In this document: positions 26,853 through 40,845 of the stretch, piece by piece
How the letters are laid out: each line of letters starts with the position of its first letter
Position numbering within the stretch: position 1 is the stretch's first letter
NCBI RefSeq assembly: GCF_006345805.1
Contig: NC_043001.1
Location: 35,278,001 to 35,342,000, forward strand
Source of the DNA: Octopus sinensis
Lineage: Eukaryota
DNA: 64,000 nucleotides
Reading direction: 5' to 3'
Program-made: the position numbers and the translations under genes
The notes under the pieces: model-generated
Told to the model about the DNA's origin: nothing
Databases searched by the model: none
Seen by the model: only the letters and a program-made list of their open reading frames with translations

Positions 26853-27844
26853 AAAAGTATAAAGAAATATCATGGGCGCTGGAATTTCCTTCTTGTCTCA
26901 GCTGTTACAAAATATAAAAATATCACTCTGGCAACAAATCCGTATGTAACTTAGGTTTTCGAGAAGCATGATTATTTTTAAATATTCCTTCATTATTCTT
27001 TTATATTTTGTTTAGAACAATAACAGTTTCATATTACATGTCAACATTTGTATATATCAGGGCTGTGGGCTGGCAGAATGATTACCGAGCCGGTAAAAAT
27101 GCGTAACAGCATTTCATCCGACTGTACGTTCTTAGTTCAAATACCACCGAGATCAATTTTACCTTTCGTTCTTTTCGTGGTCGATAAAAAAGGTACCACT
27201 TCAGCCCTGGGATTGAGGCAACTGACTTACCCCACTTCCCTAAATTTGCTGGCCTGGTGCCAAAATTTGAAATCAACATTTCTAGATATTCCAGAGCATA
27301 TATTCTGAATGAATTATCTACACTGGCTAATAAAAATGCTATCAAAAGAGCTATAATGTTTGGAAATACACTTTACGTTTCTTATGCCCTTTCTTACTCC
27401 ATTGATATGAAGGAACCGAAAGACCAAATAACAGGCAGTTATTTTAAGTTTTCTATGACAAAAACACAATGAATTCAAGCCCAATGACTGAATAACGGAC
27501 AATTATCTTATGTCTGTTGAAAAATGGTATTATTTTAAAGGCCAAGAAATTGAATACCTTAATACACTGTCCGCAATATCACTGTTGCTTCTGTGCTAGG
27601 ATTCCAAAATCAAATAATCACAATCACAGCAAAGTCATCCTCGGCGGAATTTGAACTCACTACGTAAAGCATTCCGCCTAGGGTGCTATCGATTCTACCA
27701 GCTTTCTATCTGAGTTAAGTATAAGTATTGCTCCATGAAAGTAACTAATTCTGACCAGCGAGTTGTTAATCTATGTTTTTGTTTAACTTTTTTGTTTAAC
27801 ACTGGCCCCCTCGTCCAAGATTTCGGGCCTTGTGCCTAGAATAG

Positions 27845-28203
27845 AAACGGATTAAGTCGATGACATCGACCCAGTACGCAACTGGTACTTAATTTATCGA
27901 TCCCGAAAGGATGAAAGGCAAAGTCGACCTCGGCGGAATTTGAACTCAGAACGTAAAGGCAAACGAAATACCTATTTCTTTATTACCCACAAGGGGCTAA
28001 ACACAGAGGGGACAAACAAGGACAGACATAGGTATTAAGTCGATTACATCGACCCCAGTGCGTAACTGGTACTGAATTTATCGACCCCGAAAGGATGAAA
28101 GGCAAAGTCGACCTCGGTGGAATTTGAACTCACAACATAATGCAGACAAAATACCGCTAAGCATTTCGCCCGGCGTGCTAACGATTCTGCCAGCTTGCCG
28201 CAT
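27845..28203 (-). mobile_element. Head-to-tail SINE type A dimer
   Basis: Two cores joined at CGAAATACC|TATTTC (~27964-27978). Confidence 0.88.
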
Positions 28204-29790
28204 TGAGCAGTCTAAATGTACACACACACACACACACACGCGCGCACATACACACACGCACACACACACACACTTATACATGCGTACATATAGATACGTA
28301 TAGACATATATACACCTATATTCACCTATATACACGCGTGCATGTATATGCATGTATATATATGTATACACATTTGTTAGACTCTTTTGTCTTGTTACTA
28401 TTTATCCCAACAAATATTTATATAACTTCTCGCTCCCTACATGCCATCCCGCCCGGATTTCTCATACAAAGCTTTCTCTCCCTCTCACTACCATTATTTC
28501 TCTGATTCTCTCTCCTGCTCTCATATAATACTCCCCTTCTCTCTCTCTCTCTCTCTCTCACTCACTCACTCTTTCTTTCTCTCTCATCATCTCTCCCTCT
28601 CAGCCTTTCTTTCCCTGTAGCTCTATGACTCCTATTTTTTTTCTCTCAACTCCCATCGTTGCCATTGCTACAACTCATCTGTGTTATATTCAAACTTATT
28701 CCAACCGTGTTTCTTGTCAAGCGTGAACAGATGCTCGCATGTGAGAAAAAGAGGCATTTCATTTTGGCCAAATGGTAAACTAAAGATCACTTCAAATCTT
28801 CCCACATAGTTTCCTGTTTTTCTCGTTTAAGCACATTAACTATCCCTCCTTCCTGTATTCCACCAAGCCACTCTTAGTTACTCTCATTCTCTCTTCTTCC
28901 TTCCTTCATCTCTCTCTTCATCTCTTTCTTTCTATATTTATTCGCGTCATTCTCCAATTTTCTATTTTTGTTTCTCCTCTTTCGTTGTTTTGCTCTTTCC
29001 TTGTTTTATTTCTTTATTTTTTGCGTCCTTCATTCTTTCTTTCTTGCCTTTCGTTTACCTACCTTCCTTTCTTTTTCTTCTTTGAATTATTGTTTTCTCT
29101 TTTAAATTTAAATTTTTATATGTTAGCCATCTTCTGTTTGTTCTCAGCGCAAAAGATCTTCTCACTGACTTCATGTTTTCCTATTCATTCTCCCATTTTT
29201 TCTCATCCTTCAACAATGAACTCTACCCTCCACTATACTTCTCTTTCCTTAATTTCATTCAATGTTTTTGAGCTTTTTTGCCTGTGTTTTCGTTTTTTTC
29301 ATTGCTATATAAACTCATAGAAAGAAGAAACTAAAACACAAAATACACAAGAAACTATATACATAGACATCCAATTGCGCATAATTTTTTTCTTACTGAC
29401 AGACACGCACACATTTACCTACAATCTTAGATGAAAGACCCAATAATACTAAAAAGCCTGTACCTCCATGGTAATATACTAATATAATTAGTATATTACT
29501 AATATAATAGTTTACGCAGCAGGTGATTCCATTTGTCACATTTTCGATAGAGATCATACACTCAAAAATGCTTTCTTTTGAGAATATCAAACAACAATGA
29601 TTGCTATTATTATTATTATTGTTATTATTATTATTATTATTATTATCATCATTATTATAAGTTTAGCATCAAAATACACACATAAACCCACATTCTATCT
29701 TAACATCTCTGTTAATTCTATGTCTCTTGACGTTTGCAAAAAGAAGTCATCACATCAATTAACTTTATTCATCTTTATTACACGCAGAGG

Positions 29791-29824
<34 letters not shown>

Positions 29825-30315
29825 AGCATGATAGATCACTATGTCCGCAAAGCGCGGAAGAGCATTTGTTCACGATTTTATCAACGTCCACTTACGTTCA
29901 GTGTTGAAACTAACCGTAGACGACCTGGCTTTGTATGTTTTGGGAATCGGCGAATTAAGTGCAAATCAAATACCAGCATCAATTTAATTAAATATATCTT
30001 TCAACGCATGAATAGTTTAGAAAACACCATTACTCCATGCACAGATGTGTTGCAATTAGAATACACCTCAGATCAAATCTTATGATATTCGAATTTGAGA
30101 TCCATCCCTCTGGAGTTGATAAACTCTATTGTATTCAAGAATTTGGTTAGAGTATCTTCTTCTGTTGTATTTGTATGTTTGTGCATCTGTAAAAAAACTA
30201 ATATCATATACTACAGATGTCATACCCGTAATATAATATACATGTATTGCATACAATCATATTTAAATTCAGGTATACATACATGGATTTACACATATAC
30301 TATTGCTTATATATA

Positions 30316-30380
<65 letters not shown>

Positions 30381-30514
30381 AGCAATGTTTAAATTTAAAA
30401 TAATAAGTGTGAAAAATTGAATATTAATTGATTAATGCCAATTTAAAACCAGTGGTCTAGCATATTGAAAAATCTGAAGATTCAGAAAAATTATATTACA
30501 TACATATAAGAGGG

Positions 30515-30664
30515 ATGACCACTAAGTGGACATCCATTATGCTAGAAGTAGACCCCCTATGGTCTTACCACTAAGAAAGGATTGTTCTCAAGAAAATCCT
30601 TTCTTAGTGGTAACACCATAGAGGAGTCGACTTCTAGCATAATGGATGTCCACTTAGTGGTCAT
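30515..30664. repeat. 150-bp near-perfect hairpin/palindrome
   Basis: ATGACCACTAAGTGGACATCCATTATGCTAGAAGT...TTACCACTAAGAAAGGATT, an ~11-nt loop, then the reverse complement. Confidence 0.92.
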
Positions 30665-30738
30665 AACACTTATATATAAGCAATGTATATATATATATAT
30701 ATGTATGTGTGTGCGTGTCCGCTTGTGTGCTTGTGTGC

Positions 30739-30771
<33 letters not shown>

Positions 30772-32419
30772 CAGCCGTATCTGTGTCACTGAATTCTACT
30801 GTCGTGAAAATCGTAGAGTAACGCATAGGTATGCCTTTGCGTGCAATACATGCAGGTGTAACATAATGATCTATACACATTTTGAGCACTTCTAAACTAC
30901 GACCAAAGGGGATTTTAAATTATAACCTGTACACATTTAACACTTTGAGCCTTCCCCGTGCATGTAGTCGTTGTTTTTATGTGTAATATTCCTCGCCAAG
31001 AACTCACACGAATTAATTTTTACGTTGCACAAATCTATCCTCACTGCAGGAATATTCTTTAAATTACTTATGGTAGTGCCAGTTGAGTATTGCTGACATT
31101 GTGCCAAAATTTGAAAGAAATGCTTATTCTTAACTCAAGATTCAAAGAGATGGAAAAAAATCACAGTAACAGAACTCTGATTAATCACATAACACTTCCA
31201 GAAATGAGCTATGCATCATAGAATTAAGAGTATGGCATTAATATAAAAGTAAATGCCCGTAGTGTATTGAATGTTCCTTCTACGTTTACGTTATGAAATA
31301 ACAAACAAGTCCTAAGTTAATGGGGAACTGTAAATTTCGAAATAGCAGCGAAATTTATCTTGAATTAAACTTTATCGTCTTAAAAATATGGAAGGACACA
31401 TTCGATGACGAAATTTTAGAGGTTTGAAGTAAATAACATGGTAGTCATGCCTGGAACACATTTGTGCAAAAACTTTACTTGATCTGCGCTAACCTGAATC
31501 TGATAGTAACCAGACTAACGTCATAAAAGCGGTGGAAGGATCAACTTAGTCGCTCCATCAGTTAAAAAAAGCAGCTAATGCTCCCTCAGATCGCACTCGA
31601 GCATTTTCAAAAGTGACACATTGGATAAAGCAAATTCAGGTACAGAACGTCTGAAGAATATTATGAGATAACGGTCATGCTTGAAATGCCTTTAATCGCA
31701 TGTCTCTTCAATCAAGTCTCACCGAGAGCTAAAAGAAAGAACCATAACAGCAACAGCAACTGCCTCAGTAGCAATCTAGTGACATACAATTTATTTAACT
31801 TAGTTTTCAATATACGTCAGTCTTTACTTTGCCACTGGATTTGAAATCATTTTTTTTTCTTTTTAAGCACGTGGAAATAAATAAATGGTTTTCCAGATTT
31901 ATTTTATTCGTTGACTTATCTTTTTTAGCTATGTTTTATTTCATTTTAATTTTTATTTATTTATTTATTGATTGATTCATTTGGATTTTATCAGTTCTAA
32001 TCTTCAAAATGTAGTCGGCGTGTATAAGTAATACAGGAAGGTGATAGTAACGTGTGATATACAGGATATTATCTTGCCGTTGAAGGCAGAATGAAAATAT
32101 CATCTATACACTTACAGCTCTCCAAACAACGTCTTTATGATATAGATATATAGAAGTGTAATTTGAACTTGCACTTGAAAAAGACTGGCAGATTGAGAAG
32201 CCAGTGACTGATGTCTCTTTCTTCTGTGTAAATATAAAGACATTAATCTCACTTCTACGAAAGTAGGCAAATGAAATATTTAAGCGAGGCAGGAGGATCA
32301 AAGAAATTACTTTCAGCAGCAGCAGTAGCAGCAGCAGTGTAACTAATAGTCGTTGTAGTCGCAGTAGCAGTAGACGATATCACCATAAGCGTTTCAGTCG
32401 TGACCATGATAATAATAAT

Positions 32420-33010
32420 AGTCCTTTCTACTGGAGGTACAAAGCTTCAAATTTGTGGATTGGAGACGAGTCGATTATATCGACTCCAGTGTTTCACTGA
32501 TACTTAATTTATCGACCTCGAAAGAATGAAAGGCAAAGTCGACCGCGGCGGAATTTGAACTCAGAACGTAGCGACGGGCGAAATACCTATTTCTATTTCT
32601 TTACTACCCACAAAGGGGCTAAATACAGAGAGGACAAACAAGGTCAGAAACACGGAGTAAGTAGATTATATCGACCCCAGTGCGTAACTGGTACTTAAAT
32701 TATCGACCCCCCCCCAAAAAAAAGGGATGAAAGGCAAAGTCGACCTCGGCGGAATTTGAACTCAGAACGTAGCGACGGGCGAAATACCTATTTCTATTTC
32801 TTTACTACCCACAAAGGGCTAAATACAGAGAGGACAAACAATGACAGATACACGGATTAAGTCGATTATATCGACCCCAGTGCGTAACTGGTACTTAATT
32901 TATCGCCCCCCCTCCCCCAAGGATGAAAAGCAAAGTCGACCTCGGCGAAATTTGAACTTAGAACGTAACCGCAGACGAAATACCGCTAACATTTCGTCCA
33001 GCGCGCTAAA
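32420..33010 (-). mobile_element. SINE type A trimer (two tail-1 units and a terminal diverged tail-2 unit)
   Basis: Three cores; junctions near 32579 and 32780. Confidence 0.88.
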
Positions 33011-33719
33011 ACCGTGATAATAATAATTACTATTATTGTTATTATTCAGACACACAGTCTTTTGCATTTCTGGTCTACTGGCTACTGTTAATGATCACAA
33101 AATCTTGGGTTCGTTTTCTCGACCAGAGTGCATTTTATGTCTTCGAGCAAGGGTCTTCATTCCGCGTTGCTTCAGTTTAATCAACTGTAATGTCTACTTG
33201 CCAGGGACTGATGTAGCCCTTTCCGCGCTCCCTAGTTACATTTCAAGTATTCTGCTGGGTAGAGATTAAAGGAGTCGAAATTATATCTATAACTTCTTAT
33301 CTATATAAGCACTGAAAAATAAAAACTGCTGAAACCATGATACAGGTGAAATCATATTGATTCGCAAGTGACAGATGGCTGTACCTGAGGGAAGTTGGGT
33401 GCTATATTCAGCAGATGCAGCTACTCTCAGTCCTTAGGTAGGCGAGTAGTAATAATAATAGACGTGCTAGTGGTGGTGATCGTGATGTTATATGTGTATT
33501 AGCATCAGTGTTTATTGTTGTTGTTTACCTACAGCTCAAACCGTATAAGTCAAACCGATACGATGAAAGGGATTCTCGCCAGGGCCTTGCCTTCTGTTCA
33601 GGCATATTTTATGCAAGACTGGTAAACCAACATGCCCTTTTTTAGAGTATGAAGCAGAACGATTCGGCTGACATATCTTGCTAGTAGATACACAGATATA
33701 AATATACATACATACGTGC

Positions 33720-34030
33720 ATACATACATATTATGTACAAACACAAACATACATAAACGTACACAGGTATGCATAGACAGATGAAAAGATTGACAGCTAG
33801 GTAGACAGACAGACATTGTGACATACATACATACATACATACATACACGAACATACATAAACGTACACAGGTATATATAGACAGATGAAAAGATTGACAG
33901 CTAGGTAGATAGACAGACATTGTGACATACATACATACATACATACATACACGAACATACATAAACGTACACAGGTATATATAGACAGATGAAAAGATTG
34001 ACAGTTAGGTAGATAGACAGACAGATAGGC
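33720..34030. repeat. ~104-bp tandem repeat, three copies
   Basis: ACATAAACGTACACAGGTAT starts at 33751, 33855 and 33959. Confidence 0.9.
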
Positions 34031-34119
34031 AGACAGCAGAGAGACATACAGACAGACATTGTGACAAAGAGACAGACATAGTGACATATATACATACATA
34101 CAGACAGACAGATAGATAC

Positions 34120-34162
<43 letters not shown>

Positions 34163-34387
34163 TGTTTCTTTATTAGCCACACAGGGCTGCACACAGATAG
34201 AACAAATTACAAGGTAGAGCTTTTCTTTTGAAGGTAAAAAAAAAGGGGGGGTTTCGATCAAAAGGGATCGTAAAAGGAGTGAAAGAGGACAAAAAAAGGG
34301 GGGGGGTTAAAAAAAGGGGGGAGAGGAAAAACAATTGATCAATAGGGATCGTTATCACAGAAATAGATAGATAGATAAAATGTTTGT

Positions 34388-34464
<77 letters not shown>

Positions 34465-35033
34465 GTGGGTATGTGTATTAAGTAGACACAAATGGAACTC
34501 ACAAATATCTTAATTCGTCTAATCAAGAAAATTATTCGCAGAGAGTGTTCTATAACTACTTACAAATTAGCAAGGGACTGCGATGAATGTCAACATCTCA
34601 GTACATAAATGGAAAGAATGAATTTTCCCTACACTCATCAATTAATGTCTAGAATTAAATTAAAGTAGATCTACTGGGACATCGAACAACCTAAGAATAT
34701 GTTTTTTTCTTTGTTTTTGTTTTTGGCTAACGTTGAAAGAAGCATGCACCAAAGATAGAGAGTTACGTCTATCTTTTAACCGCGTGGTGTCGCATATAAA
34801 ACCATTGAAACTATGAAGCTAAACGAAGAGAACACGAAAGTGCTTTATTTGCCAAGGTAGTGATAATATTTCCGGTGTGTTCCCACGAGGAAAATTTTAA
34901 AATCAGGAAACTAAAATACACAGGGGTAGTGTTTACAAGTATGCATCTGTGTAAATCTCTCTCTTTCTCTCTCTGTCGCTCTCCCTCACTATATATTTGT
35001 ATTATAGGCACGTATGTATCTCTCATTCTCATC

Positions 35034-35079
<46 letters not shown>

Positions 35080-35088
35080 ATATTATAT

Positions 35089-35144
<56 letters not shown>

Positions 35145-35334
35145 AACTTAGATAAACTTAGATATGTTTCGAGAAAAGATTGGTCCAGGCCATGTCTAAT
35201 AGTACAATATTACAGGATTATCTAAATCCTGTTTAAGTCAAATTTGTTTATGGTCCATTCAAGTAGTGAGTTCTTCTTGAGTGAGTTGTATCCAGGTATG
35301 GGTGGCTTATCCGGTATTCCGGTACACACACACA

Positions 35335-35382
<48 letters not shown>

Positions 35383-35410
35383 TACATACACACACACACA
35401 CATATATATA

Positions 35411-35568
35411 TATCTGTAAATATAATATGTGACAATTATTCGGTAGCCATAATAAAATTCCAAGTTTGGCTACCGAATAGTTGTCACATATATTTACAGA
35501 TAAATTCCTCTATTTATATAATATCGAGGTCTCTTACATTCTTTTGTTGTCTTGCCATTTCTATCAAT
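35411..35568. repeat. Internally deleted copy of the 51799-52090 palindromic element
   Basis: Same arms (TATCTGTAAATATAATATGTGACAATTATTCGGTAGCCA / TGGCTACCGAATAGTTGTCACATATTTACAGATA) and same 3' tail, with only a 17-nt loop. Confidence 0.9.
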
Positions 35569-35579
35569 ATATATTATAT

Positions 35580-35623
<44 letters not shown>

Positions 35624-35627
35624 ATAT

Positions 35628-35671
<44 letters not shown>

Positions 35672-35721
35672 TATATATTATATATATATATATATGATTG
35701 TGGCTATACATATAAGTATAT

Positions 35722-35912
35722 GACTGTGTGGTAAGAAGTTTAATTCCCCAACCATATGGCTCAATGTTCAATCTCACTGTGTGGCACATTGGGCAAATGT
35801 CTTCTACTATAGCCACGATCTTCACGAATTTTTAAGGTTGAGTCCCACTGCATTGCATCTTGCGCAAATGTCTTCTCCTAATAGCTTCGAGCAGACCAAA
35901 GCGTCGTGAGTG
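35722..35912 (+). mobile_element. Two partial SINE type D heads
   Basis: GTGTGGTAAGAAG..TTCCCAACCA...GGGCAAATGTCTTCTACTATAGC matches the head of 36690-37080. Confidence 0.7.
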
Positions 35913-35923
35913 TATATATATAC

Positions 35924-35966
<43 letters not shown>

Positions 35967-36689
35967 TGTGTACACATAGGTGAATATGTTAATGTTTATG
36001 TATTTAAAGTTGTGTATAAAAAATTTTAAACATTAAATAGAACGAAGAAATCCTCCGTTGAGCACACTAACATATTTATATAAGTATAAAGGATATAGTT
36101 AATTGTAACTTCGAAGTTTCGGTTTATATGCCCTCACCTGTAAGTTTTTTCCTCGTTTCCTTTTAAATATAAATATATGTGTATACATATATATATTGAT
36201 AGAAACATAGATATAAAGATATATGTAAACACACACGCGCGCGCGCGCGTTTTTATAGATACATATATGCATACATATGTGTGTTAAGTGTGTGTGTGTA
36301 GATGCTTATATGGATATAAATGAGAACTCGAGTGAATTTACGTGTTTTTGATAGGAACGACTATAGCTGTTCAGGATTACTGAAGCGTGGATAAGTAGAG
36401 AGGAAGGAATACTATTTCATAGTTTAGCTAATAATCACGAAATATAGTTAGAAACCTTCACACGCGCACGCAGACAGACACACACACATACGCTTACACA
36501 TACTTTAGAGCTATGAATTGGTTAACAATATTTGGTAACGTAACATTCTGCATAGCCATAAAATTTAAAGGGTGTAGATAAGTTTGATGTAAGACTGAAC
36601 GAATTTAAGTGAGAGAAAATAAAATGCACGGGACTAACATGGTGAGGGATTTACATATATTTAGATACATACATTGATATGTCTCTCTT

Positions 36690-37080
36690 TTTACTCTTTT
36701 GCTTGTTTCAGTCATTTGACTGCGGCCATGCTGGAGCACCGCCTTTAGTCGAGCAAATCGACCACAGGACTTATTCTTTGTAAGCCCAGTACTTATTCTA
36801 TCGGTCTCTTTTTGCCGAACCGCTAAGTTACGGGGACGTAAACACACCAGCATCTGTCGTCAAGTGATGTTTGGGGGACACACACAGACATATACACACT
36901 CATACATATATTTATATACATATATACGACAGGCTTCTTTCAGTTTGCGTCTACCAAATCCACTCACAAAGCTTTGGCCGGCCCGAGGCTATAGTAGAAG
37001 AAACTTATCCAAGGTACCACGCAGTGAGACTGAAACCGGAACCATGTGGTTGGGAAGCAAGCTACTTACCACACAGCCAC
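36690..37080 (-). mobile_element. Full-length SINE type D (CORE-like segment, internal TA/TG spacer, stem-loop tail)
   Basis: Head GTGGCTGTGTGGTAAGTAGCTTGCTTCCCAACCACATGGTTCCGG; tail GGCGGTGCTCCAGCATGGCCGCAGTCAAATGACTGAAAC. Confidence 0.9.
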
Positions 37081-38011
37081 TCATATATATACATACAACT
37101 TATAAATAAGGACAAAAGAAAAAATTTCTAATGCCAAATATGCCGAAAATTGGACATAGTTGTCTATAATCATATAAATTTTCACAATACGCACGCTACT
37201 CGAAAAAAAGCCGACAGAAATTTCTAAAAAATTCCATTATTACCATATCGGACCGATTTCAGGGTATGTGGTTTGTGGGATCGACCGCGTCCTCCGCTTC
37301 ACTTTTGTAAATCACTCATTCTCATTTAATTGTATGTATTTTAATCGTTTGTTTATTCATACGTTTCGTCTCATTCGATACCCTGACCCCAATGTTTGTT
37401 TTGTCTGTCCTCGTATCGTCCCCTCTTTTTCTCAGCCCCATGGTTAATAAAGAAACTGACCTAGGAGTAAAGAGCGACACCAACGTCGACAACGAAAGGG
37501 ATTTAATTGCTTTGTTACTCTTTGAAAATCACCGTAGATGTAGAAATAACATTTCGCATTCCAGCATTTTTCCTTTAAACCATTAATGAACAGCTATAAA
37601 AGTAGGGCACGTCTTGGTTCTAAATCATACATGGATAAGCTGTCTTTTACCCTCTATTCATTTACGACACAATAAATTCCATCGATGTCCTCCCTGTTTT
37701 GTGTCACCAGACACAAAAGAACCCTGGTGAAAATTTTTGATGATCACTATATCTTTATAGTATTTTCATTGGAGAATACAAAGAGAGTGTTGGCAAGCAA
37801 GTTCTCCTCACCTGTCTCGGCATTTAGAAAATAAAGACCATAATGACGCAAGAACGTAAATGTACTAGCGTCTGAAAATAGCCTATATGCTTCGACTATA
37901 ATTAGTGTACAAAAATTATCATGGTAATTTCTGTAATTCACTCAATTATGATGCCTTCGAGATGTCCGTTGTGTGATCAAGAATGTCAGAATGCTATCCT
38001 ATGTGCATACA

Positions 38012-38074
<63 letters not shown>

Positions 38075-39495
38075 TTATCTATCTATTTATCTAACTATCT
38101 GTCTGTCTGTCTGTCTGTCTGTCTATATAGACTGTTGAAAAGGTTGCAAGACGCAACGAAAATTTTAGAAAAATAAAAATAGGAAATAAGTGGAAAATTT
38201 TACCGGTGAGTGTGTTGAATTAGAAAGCACAAAAAGAAAATGACTCTCCCCAGACACAACAGAATATGCTTCAACACACGAACTCATACAAAAAATCTTG
38301 CAAACCAAATCCAAAAACGATATATATATATTTCTGTCTATCTATCCATCTATTTATCTATCTATCAGTTTGTCTGTCTTTATTAAGTACCTATACTAAA
38401 ATGACCAATGAAAATACATGCCTTGCAATTAACGGACTTGTGTATGGAACGAAATTAATATTAATATTATTATTTTTGTTATCTTAAGACTGGCTATTTA
38501 TTGCTACTTAGCTCCTGGTCAGCTTAAACTGAGCAGAACTATTATCGCAGATGTTAAATACAGAGGATTTCCTTAAGACTTATTGTCTGTGTTGTGACAC
38601 CTTTTTTTTTTGTGGCGCGGGAGAACAAGAAGAAATACGTATTGTTTAGGAAATGTTTGGCTTCTATTAATTGTATATCAGGTGCACTCTTATGGGCTCT
38701 GGTGTAGGTAGAAAAAAGCTATAAGTTACTTAACACCAACCCAATTGCACTCAAGACGGCCTACGATCAAAGGCATTCCGGCTACATGCATCCTAGAATT
38801 CTTTAGCTCAGAGCAATCCTCCTTCTCAAATCTCGTCTGGTGTCGAAGATTTGTAGCCGTTCAAGCCTCCAGTATATACAGAAATAAATGGGTTCCGTCA
38901 AGACGAAATGTGGTAGCAACATCGTGGTAATCTTACGGTTTATATTAAGACTGAGAAAAAACTTTCAAGTCGTACATATAAAATAACAAAAACCCAAAAA
39001 AAAAAAAAATTGAAAAAAAGAAAAAAAGAAGAATTCGTAACTGCAAGTGGAAAACTAGCCAACAACTTTATTATCTGCAAAATAGCTTAACTCAATTACC
39101 GGAACAAGCTAAATAATGAAATGGTAAAAAATAAATGAATGAATAAATATATAAGTAAAACAGGAACCACAGCAATAAAGAAATAACAAGAAAGGGTGAC
39201 AAAAAAATAAAAGGGAGACGGAAGAAGTTTATGCTGGGATTCTTAAAAGATACCCCGACTTTTTTTCGCCCCTATTTCGTTATGTTCTTTTTTCCTATAG
39301 TTTGCCTTGATACTTATTTATTTTAATTTTCATTGCTTATATTTTCTGTTCTTTACTGACTGTAGAAATAACAGATATTGTTAAACAATCGAAAATACAG
39401 TTCTTATGTTTACCGAATTTTTATTGTTTCTTTTTCGGCCTCTCTAGAAATGGAAAGCAAAATAAAACAGTTTCCATTATGACAATACGTGCATG

Positions 39496-39532
<37 letters not shown>

Positions 39533-39736
39533 ACACACACTCACACACACATATATATATATATAATTATATACATATGTGTGTGTGTGCTGACTACATA
39601 ACCATACACATATATAAGCATAGGCACAAGTTAACGCATACATAGACACATATGCATATATACACTAATATAAGCAGCATAGACATACACATACATGTAT
39701 ATGCATATATGTATATGTATATATATATACATACAT

Positions 39737-39769
<33 letters not shown>

Positions 39770-40399
39770 AATATATACACTTATATATATATATATATAT
39801 ACATATATATTACGTATCTATATATATATATATATATATTATCTATTTATCTATCTGTCTATCTATCTATCTATATATGGATATATATATATATATATAT
39901 ATATATATCTATATATATATATATATATACATACAAACATACATATATATATATGTATGTATATATATATATATATATATATTATCGCAGCCGAAATTAC
40001 TACGATGATCCGGTTCTTGACTGAAGACTGAGGGGTTCGAATGTCCTGTCCATGTTTATTGTATCGTCTTCTATGAGTTATACGTTCTTGTCCATGTTGT
40101 ATTTTCTACATACCTTAATATATATATTATATATATATCTATATATATATATTACATACATACATATACATATATACACACACACACACACACACAAATG
40201 CATGTTCGTAGCTCGTTTGTATCTATGTACTCGTGTGTGCATATGTATGTATTTATGTTTGCGCGTGTGTGTAGGTGTGGGCGTGTTTGTATATGTCTGT
40301 GTATGTCTGTATATATAAGTCAACGAAACGAACAATACAAATCAGGTCAAGCATTCGCTCTTCCCTTTCTTTCTTCGTCTTTCTTCTGTCTAACTTCCA

Positions 40400-40416
40400 A
40401 CACTTTCGTTTTCCTC

Positions 40417-40455
<39 letters not shown>

Positions 40456-40580
40456 CTGTCTATCTCTCTCTCTCTCTTTCTCATGCATTTCACAGTCTTC
40501 CCCTTTGCCATTTTTTTCCCTTACCTTTTCTACATTTCTTCCTCTTCCTAGATTCCACTCTCTCTTATTCTTTCTCCCAA

Positions 40581-40611
<31 letters not shown>

Positions 40612-40845
40612 TACTCTCTCTCTCTCTCTTTCTCTCTCCCTCTCTCTCTCTCTCTCGCTCCCTCTCTCACCCTCTCTCTCTCGCTCCCCCTCTCTCTCTC
40701 TCTCGCTCGCTCTCGCTCTCTCTCTCGCTCTCTCTCTCGCTCTCCCTCTCTCACCCTCTCTCTCACTCTTCCTGTCATCTTTTCCTCTTCTCTCTTTCTC
40801 TCTCTCTTCCTGTCCTCTTTTCCTCTTCTCTCTTTCTCTCACGCT
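40400..40845. repeat. (CT)n-rich polypyrimidine tract
   Basis: Direct reading. Confidence 0.92.

Noticed and set aside
30474-30500. CUGAAGA-UUCA-GAAA as a hammerhead
   Set aside because: No helix II, and helices I and III do not pair; it is a short palindrome.
31380-31740. Internally duplicated segment related to 38500-38800
   Set aside because: Probably an old dispersed repeat, but too decayed to define boundaries or class.
40015-40052. CUGAAGA...GAAU as a hammerhead
   Set aside because: A15.1 is missing and no compatible helix I or III can be formed.
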